Of a stretch of 64,000 bases of DNA, positions 50,201 to 61,200 are shown piece by piece. Each line of letters starts with the position of its first letter. Position 1 is the stretch's first letter. A model generated the notes under the pieces. That model made no database searches. It was not told the DNA's origin and was given only the letters and a program-made list of their open reading frames with translations. Made by a program: the position numbers and the translations under genes. This DNA comes from Eledone cirrhosa (lineage: Eukaryota): positions 330,398,001 to 330,462,000 of the forward strand of contig OZ024743.1 of the NCBI GenBank assembly GCA_964016885.1, read 5' to 3'.

Positions 50201-53200
50201 GAGAGTGTGTATGAGAGTGTGTATGAGAGAGTATGTATGAGAGAGTGTGTATGAGAGAGAGTGAGTATGAGAGAGTGTGTATGAGAGAGAGTGTGTATGA
50301 GAGTGTGTATGAGAGAGAGTGTGGATGAGAGAGTGTGTATGAGAGAGAGCGTGTATGAGAGAGTGTGTATGAGAGAGAGTGTGTATGAGAGAGAGTGTGT
50401 ATGAGAGTGTGTATGAGAGAGTGTGTAAGAGAGAGAGTGTGCACGAGAGAGAGTGTATGAGAGAGAGTGTGTATGAGAGAGTGTAAGAGACAGTGAGTAT
50501 GAGAGAGTGTGTATGAGAGAGAGTGTGTATGAGAGAGTGTATGAGAGAGAGTGTGTATGAGAGAGTGTGTATGAGAGAGTGTGTATGAGAGAGTGTGTAT
50601 GAGAGTGTGTATGAGAGAGTTTGCATGAGAGAGTGTGTATGAGAGAGAGTGTGTATGAGAGTGTGTATGAGAGTGTGTATGAGAGAGTGTGTATGAGAGA
50701 GAGTGAGTATGAGAGAGTGTGTATGAGAGAGAGTGTGTATGAGAGTGTGTATGAGAGAGTGTGTATGAGAAAGTGTGAGTATGAGAGAGTGTGTATGAGA
50801 GTGTGTAGGAGAGAGTGTGTATGAGAGTGTGTATGAGAAAGAGTGTGTATGAGAGAGTGTGTAGGAGAGTGTGTGTATGAGAGAGAGTGAGTATGAGAGA
50901 GTCTGTATGTGAAAAAGTGAGTATGAGAGAGTGTGTATGAGAGAGAGTGTGTATGAGAGAGTGTGTATGAGAGAGAGTGTGTATGAGAGAGTGTGTATGA
51001 GAGAGTATGTATGAGAGAGAGCCAGAATGAGAGAGTGAGTATGAGAGAGAGTGTGTATGAGAGAGTGTGTATGAGAGTGTGTATGAGAGAGTGTGTATGA
51101 GAGTTTGTGTATGAGAGAGAGTGCGTATGAGAGAGTGTGTATGAGAGAGTGTGTATGAGAGAGTGTGTATGAGAGAGTGTGTATGTGAGAGAGTGACTAT
51201 GAGAGAGTGTGTATGAGAAAGTGTGTATGAGAGAGAGTGAGTATGAGAGAGTGTGTATGAGAGAGAGTGTGTATGAGAGAGAATGTGTATGAGAGAGAGT
51301 GTCTATGAGAGAGTGTGTATGAGAGAGTGTGCATGAGAGAGAGTGTGTATGAGAGTGTGTATGAGAGAGTGTGTATGAGAGTGAGTGTGTATGAGATAGT
51401 GTATGAGAGAGTGTGTATGAGAGAGTGTATCAGAGAGTGTATGAGAGAGTGTGTGTATGAGAGAGCGTGTGTATGAGAGAGTATGTATGAGAGAGTGTGT
51501 ATGAGAGAGTGTGTATAAGAGAGTGTGTATGAGAGAGTGTGTATGAGAGACAGTGTGTATGAGAGTATGTATGAGAGAGTGTATGAGAGAGAGTGTGTAT
51601 GAGAGAGAGTATGTATGAGAGAGTGTGTATGAGAGAGTGTATGAGAAAGAGTGTGTATGAGAGAGTGTTTATGAGAGTGAGTATGAGAGAGTGTGTATGA
51701 GAGAGAGTATGTATGAGAGAGTGTGTATGAGAGAGAGTGAGTATGAGAGAGTGTGTATGAGAGAGAGTGTGTATGAGAGTGTGTATGAGAGAGAGTGTGT
51801 ATGAGAGAGTGTGTATGAGAGAGAGTGTGTATGAGAGTGTGTATGAGAGAGTGTGTAAGAGAGAGAGTGTGTATGACAGAGTGTGTATGATAGAGCGTGT
51901 ATGAGAGAGCGTGTGTATGAGAGAGTGTGTATGAGAGAGAGTGTATGAGAGAGAGTGTGTATGAGAGTGTGTGTATGAGAGAGAGTGTTTATGAGAGAGA
52001 GTGTGTATGTGAGAGAGTGTGTATGAGAGTGTGTATGAGAGAGAGTGTGTATGAGAGAGAGTGTGTATGAGAGAGTGTGTATGAGAGAGAGTGTGTATGA
52101 GAGAGAGTGTGTATGTGAGAGAGTGTGTATGAGAGTGTGTATGAGAGAGTATGTATGAGAGAGTGTGTATGAGAGAGAGTGAGTATGAGAGAGTGTGTAT
52201 GAGAGAGAGTGTGTATGAGAGTGTGTATGAGAGAGAGTGTGTATGAGAGAGTGTGTATGAGAGAGAGTGTGTATGAGAGAGTGTGTATGAGAGAGAGTGT
52301 GTATGAGAGGGAGTGTGTATGAGAATGTGTATGAGAGAGTGTGTAAGAGAGACAGTGTGTATGAGAGAGTGTGTATGAGAGAGCGTGTATGAGAGAGCGT
52401 GTGTATGAGAGAGTGTGTATGAGAGAGTGTGTATGAGAGAGAGTGTGTATGAGAGAGTGTATGAGAGTGTGTATGAGAGAGAGTGTGTATGAGAGAGTCT
52501 GTATGAGAGAGTGTGTATGAGAGAGAGTGTGTATGAGAGAGTGTGAATGAGAGAGTGTGTATGAGAGAGAGTGTGCATGAGAGAGAGTGTATGAGAGAGA
52601 GTGTGTATGAGAGAGTGTAAGAGAGAGTGAGTATGAGAGAGTGTGTATGAGAGAGAGTGTGTATGAGAGAGTGTATGAGAGAGACTGTGTATGAGAGAGT
52701 GTGTATGAGAGAGTGTGTATGAGAGAGTGTGTATGAGAGTGTGTATGAGAGAGTTTGTATGAGAGAGTGTGTATGAGAGAGAGTGTGTATGAGAGTGTGT
52801 ATGAGAGTGTGTATGAGAGTGTGTGTATGAGAGAGAGTGAGTATGAGAGAGTGTGTATGAGAGAGAGTGTGTATCAGAGTGTGTATGAGAGAGTGTGTAT
52901 GAGAGAGTGTGAGTATGAGAGAGTGTGTATGAGAGTGTGTAGGAGAGAGTGTGTATGAGAGTGTGTATGAGAGAGAGTGTGTATGAGAGAGTGTGTAGGA
53001 GAGTGTGTGTATGAGAGAGAGTGAGTATGAGAGAGTCTGTATGTAAAAAAGTGAGTATGAGAGAGTGTGTATGAGAGAGAGTGTGTATGAGAGAGTGTGT
53101 ATGAGAGAGAGTGTGTATGAGAGAGTGTGTATGAGAGAGTATGTATGAGAGAGAGCGAGAATGAGAGAGTGAGTATGAGAGAGAGTGTGTATGAGAGAGT

Positions 53201-56200
53201 GTGTATGAGAGTGTGTATGAGAGAGTGTGTATGAGAGTTTGTGTATGAGAGAGAGTGCGTATGAGAGAGTGTTTATGAGAGAGTGTGTATGAGAGAGTGT
53301 GTGTATGAGAAAGAGTGTGTATGAGAGTGTGTATGAGAGAGTGTGTAAGAGAGAGAGTGTGTATGACAGAGTGTGTATGAGAGAGCGTGTATGAGAGAGC
53401 GTGTGTATGAGAGAGTGTGTATGAGAGAGTGTGTATGAGAGAGAGTGTGTATGAGAGAGAGTGTGTATGTGAGAGAGTGTGTATGAGAGTGTGTATGAGA
53501 GAGTATGTATGAGAGAGTGTGTATGAGAGAGAGTGAGTATGAGAGAGTGTGTATGAGAGAGAGTGTGTATGAGAGTGTGTATGAGAGAGAGTGTGGATGA
53601 GAGAGTGTGTATGAGAGAGAGTGTGTATGAGAGAGAGTGTGTATGAGAGTGTGTATGAGAGAGTGTGTAAGAGAGAGAGTGTGTATGAGATAGTGTGTAT
53701 GAGAGAGCGTGTATGAGAGAGCGTGTGTATGAGAGAGTGTGTATGAGAGAGTGTGTATGAGAGAGAGTGTGTATGAGAGAGTGTATGAGAGTGAGTATGA
53801 GAGAGAGTGTGTATGAGAGAGTCTGTATGAGAGAGTGTGTATGAGAGAGAGTGTGTATGAGAGAGTGTGCATGAGAGAGTGTGTATGAGAGAGAGTGTGC
53901 ACGAGAGAGAGTGTATGAGAGAGAGTGTGTACGAGAGAATGTAAGAGAGAGTGAGTATGAGAGAGTGTGTATGAGAGAGAGTGTGTATGAGAGAGTGTAT
54001 GAGAGAGAGTCTGTATGAGAGAGTGTGTATGAGAGAGTGTGTATGAGAGTGTGTATGAGAGAGTTTGTATGAGAGAGTGTGTATGAGAGAGAGTTTGTAT
54101 GAGAGTGTGTATGAGAGTGTGTATGAGAGAGTGTGTATGAGAGAGAGTGAGTATGAGAGTGTGTATGAGAGAGTGTGTATGAGAAAGTGTGAGTATGAGA
54201 GTGTGTGTATGAGAGTGTGTAGGAGAGAGTGTGTATGAGAGTGTGTATGAGAAAGAGTGTGTATGAGAGAGTGTGTAGGAGAGTGTGTGTATGAGAGAGA
54301 GTGAGTATGAGAGAGTCTGTATGTGAAAAAGTGAGTATGAGAGAGTGTGTATGAGAGAGAGTGTGTATGAGAGAGTGTGTATGAGAGAGAGTGTGTATGA
54401 GAGAGTGTGTATGAGAGAGTATGTATGAGAGAGAGCGAGAATGAGAGAGTGAGTATGATAGAGAGTGTGTATGAGAGAGTGTGTATGAGAGTGTGTATGA
54501 GAGAGTGTGTATGAGAGTTTGTGTATGAGAGAGAGTGCGTATGAGAGAGTGTGTATGAGAGAGAGAGTATGTATGAGAGAGTGTGTATGAGAGAGAGTGA
54601 GTATGAGAGAGTGTGTATGAGAGAGAGTGTGTATGAGAGAGTGTGTATGAGAGAGAGTGAGTATGAGAGAGTGTATGAGGGAGAGTGTGTATGAGAGAGA
54701 GTATGTATGAGAGAGTGTGTATGAGAGAATGTATGAGAGAGAGTGTGTATTACAGAGAGTGTGTATGAGAGAGTGTTTATGAGAGTGAGTATGAGAGAGT
54801 GTGTATGAGAGAGAGTATGTATGAGAGAGTGTGTATGACAGAGTGTGTATGAGAGAGCGTGTATGAGAGAGCGTGTGTATGAGAGAGTGTGTATGAGAGA
54901 GTGTGTATGAGAGAGAGTGTGTATGAGAGTGTGTGTATGAGAGAGAGTGTTTATGAGAGAGAGTGTGTATTTGAGAGAGTGTGTTTGAGAGTGTTTATGA
55001 GAGAGAGTGTGTATGAGAGAGAGTGTGTATGAGAGAGTGTGTATGAGAGAGAGTGTGTATGAGAGAGAGTGTGTATGTGAGAGAGTGTGTATGAGAGTGT
55101 GTATGAGAGAGTATGTATGAGAGAGTGTGTATGAGAGAGAGTGAGTATGAGAGAGTGTGTATGAGAGTGTGTATGAGAGAGAGTGGGGATGAGAGAGTGT
55201 GTATGAGAGAGAGTGTGTATGAGAGAGTGTGTATGAGAGAGAGTGTGTATGAGAGAGAGTGTGTATGAGAGTGTGTATGAGAGAGTGTGTAAGAGAGAGA
55301 GTGTGCACGAGAGAGAGTGTGTATGAGACAGTGTAAGAGAGAGTGAGTATGAGAGAGTGTGTATGAGAGAGAGTGTGTATGAGAGAGTGTATGAGAGAGA
55401 GTGTGTATGAGAGAGTGTGTATGAGAGAGTGTGTATGAGAGAGTGTGTATGAGAGTGTGTATGAGAGAGTTTGTATGAGAGAGTGTGTATGAGAGAGAGT
55501 GTGTATGAGAGTGTGTATGAGAGTGTGTATGAGAGAGTGTGTATGAGAGAGAGTGAGTATGAGAGAGTGTGTATGAGAGAGAGTGTGTATGAGAGTGTGT
55601 ATGAGAGAGTGTGTATGAGAGAGTGTGTATGAGAGAGTGTGTATGAGAGAGTGTGTATGAGAGAGAGTGAGTATGAGAGAGTGTGTATGAGAGAGAGTGT
55701 GTATGAGAGTGTGTATGAGAGAGTGTGTATGAGAAAGTGTGAGTATGAGAGAGTGTGTATGAGAGTGTGTAGGAGAGAGTGTGTATGAGAGTGTGTATGA
55801 GAAAGAGTGTGTATGAGAGAGTGTGTAGGAGAGTGTGTGTATGAGAGAGAGTGAGTATGAGAGAGTCTGTATGTGAAAAAGTGAGTATGAGAGAGTGTGT
55901 ATGAGAGAGAGTGTGTATGAGAGAGTGTGTATGAGAGAGAGTGTGTATGAGAGAGTGTGTATGAGAGAGTATGTATGAGAGAGAGCCAGAATGAGAGAGT
56001 GAGTATGAGAGAGAGTGTGTATGAGAGAGTGTGTATGAGAGTGTGTATGAGAGAGTGTGTATGAGAGTTTGTGTATGAGAGAGAGTGCGTATGAGAGAGT
56101 GTTTATGAGAGAGTGTGTATGAGAGAGACTGTGTATGAGAGTTTGTATGAGAGAGTGTGTATGAGAGAGTGTGTATGTGAGAGAGTGACTATGAGAGAGT

Positions 56201-58299
56201 GTGTATGAGAAAGTGTGTATGAGAGAGAGTGAGTATGAGAGAGTGTGTATGAGAGAGAGTGTGTATGAGAGAGAATGTGTATGAGAGAGAGTGTCTATGA
56301 GAGAGTGTGTATGAGAGAGTGTGCATGAGAGAGAGTGTGTATGAGAGTGTGTATGAGAGAGTGTGTATGAGAGTGAGTGTGTATGAGATAGTGTATGAGA
56401 GAGTGTGTATGAGAGAGTGTATGAGAGAGTGTATGAGAGAGTGTGTGTATGAGAGAGCGTGTGTATGAGAGAGTATGTATGAGAGAGTGTGTATCAGAGA
56501 GTGTGTATAAGAGAGTGTGTATGAGAGAGTGTGTATGAGAGACAGTGTGTATGAGAGTATGTATGAGAGAGTGTATGAGAGAGAGTGTGTATGAGAGAGA
56601 GTATGTATGAGAGAGTGTGTATGAGAGAGTGTATGAGAGAGAGTGTGTATGAGAGAGTGTTTATGAGAGTGAGTATGAGAGAGTGTGTATGAGAGAGAGT
56701 ATGTATGAGAGAGTGTGTATGAGAGAGAGTGAGTATGAGAGAGTGTGTATGAGAGAGAGTGTGTATGAGAGTGTGTATGAGAGAGAGTGTGTATGAGAGA
56801 GTGTGTATGAGAGAGAGTGTGTATGTGAGAGTGTGTGTATGAGAGAGAGTGTGTATGAGAGTGTGTATGAGAGAGTGTGTAAGAGAGAGAGTGTGTATGA
56901 CAGAGTGTGTATGATAGAGCGTGTATGAGAGAGCGTGTGTATGAGAGAGTGTGTATGAGAGAGAGTGTATGAGAGAGAGTGTGTATGAGAGTGTGTGTAA
57001 GAGAGAGAGTGTTTATGAGAGAGAGTGTGTATGTGAGAGAGTGTGTATGAGAGTGTGTATGAGAGAGAGTGTGTATGAGAGAGAGTGTGTATGAGAGAGT
57101 GTGTATGAGAGAGAGTGTGTATGAGAGAGAGTGTGTATGTGAGAGAGTGTGTATGAGAGTGTGTATGAGAGAGTATGTATGAGAGAGTGTGTATGAGAGA
57201 GAGTGAGTATGAGAGAGTGTGTATGAGAGAGAGTGTGTATGTGAGTGTGTATGAGAGAGAGTGTGTATGAGAGAGTGTGTATGAGAGAGAGTGTGTATGA
57301 GAGAGTGTGTATGAGAGAGAGTGTGTATGAGAGGGAGTGTGTATGAGAATGTGTATGAGAGAGTGTGTAAGAGAGACAGTGTGTATGAGAGAGTGTGTAT
57401 GAGAGAGCGTGCATGAGAGAGCGTGTGTATGAGAGAGTGTGTATGAGAGAGTGTGTATGAGAGAGAGTGTGTATGAGAGAGTGTATGAGAGTGTGTATGA
57501 GAGAGAGTGTGTATGAGAGAGTCTGTATGAGAGAGTGTGTATGAGAGAGAGTGTGTATGAGAGAGTGTGAATGAGAGAGTGTGTATGAGAGAGAGTCTGC
57601 ATGAGAGAGAGTGTATGAGAGAGAGTGTGTATGAGAGAGTGTAAGAGAGAGTGAGTATGAGAGAGTGTGTATGAGAGAGAGTGTGTATGAGAGAGTGTAT
57701 GAGAGAGAGTGTGTATGAGAGAGTGTGTATGAGAGAGTGTGTATGAGAGAGTGTGTATGAGAGTGTGTATGAGAGAGTTTGTATGAGAGAGTGTGTATGA
57801 GAGAGAGTGTGTATGAGAGTGTGTATGAGAGTGTGTATGAGAGTGTGTTTATGAGAGAGAGTGAGTATGAGAGAGTGTGTATGAGAGAGAGTGTGTATCA
57901 GAGTGTGTATGAGAGAGTGTGTATGAGAGAGTGTGAGTATGAGAGAGTGTGTATGAGAGTGTGTAGGAGAGAGTGTGTATGAGAGTGTGTATGAGAGAGA
58001 GTGTGTATGAGAGAGTGTGTAGGAGAGTGTGTGTATGAGAGAGAGTGAGTATGAGAGAGTCTGTATGTAAAAAAGTGAGTATGAGAGAGTGTGTATGAGA
58101 GAGAGTGTGTTTGAGAGAGTGTGTATGAGAGAGAGTGTGTATGAGAGAGTGTGTATGAGAGAGTATGTATGAGAGAGAGCGAGAATGAGAGAGTGAGTAT
58201 GAGAGAGAGTGTGTATGAGAGAGTGTGTATGAGAGTGTGTATGAGAGAGTGTGTATGAGAGTTTGTGTATGAGAGAGAGTGCGTATGAGAGAGTGTTTA

Positions 58300-61200
58300 T
58301 GAGAGAGTGTGTATGAGAGAGAGTGTGTATGAGAGTGTGTATGAGAGAGTGTGTATGAGAGACTGTGTATGTGAGAGAGTGACTATGAGAGAGTGTGTAT
58401 GAGAAAGTGTGTATGAGAGAGAGTGAGTATGAGAGAGTGTGTATGAGAGAGAGTGTGTATGAGAGAGAGTGTGTATGAGAGAGAGTGTCTATGAGAGAGT
58501 GTGTATGAGACAGTGTGCATGAGAGAGAGTGTGTATGAGAGTGTGTATGAGAGAGTGTGTATGAGAGAGAGTGTGTATGAGAGAGTGTGTATGAGAGCGA
58601 GTGTGTATGAGAGAGTATGTGTATGAGAGAGTGTGTATGAGAGAGAGTGTCTATGAGAAAGTGTGTATGAAAGAGAGTGTGTATGAGAGAGAGTGTGTAT
58701 GAGAGTGTGTATGAGAGAGTGTGTATGAGAGAGAGTGTGTATGAGAGAGTGTGTATGAGAGAGTGTATGAGAGAGAGTGTGTATGAGAGAGAGTATGTAT
58801 GAGAGAGTGTGTATGAGAGAGTGTATGAGAGAGAGTGTATATGACAGAGAGTATGTATGAGAGTGTGTATGTGAGAGTGTGTATGAGAGAGTGTGTATGA
58901 GAGTGAGTGTGTATGAGATAGTGAGTGTGTATTAGATAGTGTATGAGAGAGTGTGTATTAGAGAGTGTGTATGAGAGAGTGTATGAGAGAGAGTGTGTAT
59001 GAGAGAGTGTGTATGAGAGAGTGTTCATAAGAGAGTGTGTATGAGAGGGAGTGTATGAGAGTGTGTATGAGAGAGAGTGGTATGAGAGAGTGTGTATGAG
59101 AGTGAGTGTGTATGAGATAGTGAGTGTGTATTAGATAGTGTATGAGAGAGTGTGTATGAGAGAGTGTGTATGAGTGAGTGTGTATGAGAGAGTATGTATG
59201 AGAGAGAGTGTATGAGAGAGTGTATGAGAGTGTGTATGAGAGAGTGTGTATGAGAGAGAGAGTGTATGAGAGAGTGTGTATGAGAGAGAGTGTGTATGAG
59301 AGAGTGTGTATGAGAGAGAGTGTATGAGAGTGTGTATGAGAGTGTGTATGAGAGAGTGTGTATGAGAGAGAGAGTGTGTATGAGAGAGTGTGTATGAGAG
59401 AGTGTGTATGAGAGTGAGTGTGTATGAGAGTGTGTATGAGAAAGTGTGTATGAGAGGGTGTGTATGAGAGTGAGTGTGTTTGAGAGTATGTATGAGAGAG
59501 TGTGTATGAGAGAGTGTGTATGAGTGAGAGTGTGTATGAGAGAATGTGTATGAGAGACAGTGTGTATGAGAGTATGTATGAGAGAGTGTATGAGAGAGAG
59601 TGTGTATGAGAGAGAGTATGTATGAGAGAGTGTGTATGAGAGACTGTATGAGAGAGAGTGTGTATTACAGAGAGTGTGTATGAGAGAGTGTTTATGAGAG
59701 TGAGTGTGTATGAGAGTGTGTATGAGAGAGTGTGTATGAGAGAGTGTGTATGAGATTGAGTGTGTATGAGATAGTGTATGAGAGAGTGTGTATGAGAGAG
59801 TGTATGAGAGAGTGTATGAGAGAGTGTGTGTATGAGAGAGCGTGTGTATGAGAGAGTGTGTATGAGAGAGTGTGTATGAGAGAGTGTGTATAAGAGAGTG
59901 TGTATGAGAAGGAGTGTATGAGAGTGTGTATGAGAGAGAGTGTGTATGAGAGAGTGTGTATGAGAGAGTGTGTATGAGAGAGTGTGTATGAGAGAGTGTG
60001 TATGAGAGAGAGTGTGTATGAGAGAGTGTGTATGAGAGAGAGAGTGTATGAGAGAGAGTGTGTATGAGAGAGAGCGTGTATGAGAGAGTGTGTATGAGAG
60101 AGAGTGTTTGAGAGAGAGTGTGTATGAGAGAGTGTGTATGAGAGTGTGTATGAGAGAGAGTGTATGAGAGTGTGTATGAGAGAGAGTGTGTATGAGAGAG
60201 AGAGTGTGTATGAGAGTGTGTATGAGAGAGTGTGTATGAGAGAGAGTGTGTATGAGAGAGTGTGTATGAGAGAGAGCGTGTATGAGAGAGTGTGTATGAG
60301 ATAGAGTGTATGAGAGAGAGTTTTTATGAGAGAGTGTGTATGAGAGTGTGTATGAGAGAGAGTGTATGAGAGTGTGTATGAGAGAGAGTGTGTATGAGAG
60401 AGAGAGTGTGTATGACAGTGTGTATGAGAGAGTGTGTATGAGAGAGAGTGTATGAGAGTGTGTATGAGAGAGTGTGTGTATCAGAGTGTGTGTATGAGAG
60501 AGTGTGTATGAGAGAGTGTATGAGAGAGTGTGTATGAGAGAGAGTGTATGAGAGTGTGTATGAGAGAGTGTGTATGAGAGAGAGTGTGTATGAGAGAGTG
60601 TGTATGTGAGAGAGTGTGTATGAGAGAGAGTGTGTATGAGAGAGAGTGTGTATGAGAGAGTGTGTGTATGAGAGAGTGTGTATGAGAGAGTGTGTATGAG
60701 AGAGTGTGTATGAGAGAGAGTGTGTATGAGAGAGAGTGTGTATGAGAGAGAGTGTGTATGAGAGAGTGTGTGTATGAGAGAGTGTGTATGAGAGAGTGTG
60801 TATGAGAGAGTGTGTATGAGAGTGAGTGTGTATGAGAGAGTGTGTATGAGAGAGTGTGTATATGAGAGAGTGTGTATGAGAGAGAGTGTGTATGAGAGAG
60901 TGTGTATGAGAGAGAGTGTGTATGAGAGAGAGTGTGTATGAGAGAGAGTGTGTATGAGAGAGTGTGTATGAGAGAGAGTGTGTATGAGAGAGAGTGTGTA
61001 TGAGAGAATGTGTGTATGAGAGAGTGTGTATGAGAGAGTGTGTATGAGAGAGTGTGTATGAGAGAGAGTGTGTATGAGAGAGTGTGTATGAGAGAGTGTG
61101 TATGAGAGAGTGTGTGTATGAGAGAGTGTGTATGAGAGAGTGTGTATGAGAGAGTGTGTATGAGAGAGAGTGTGTATGAGAGAGAGTTTATGAGAGTGTG

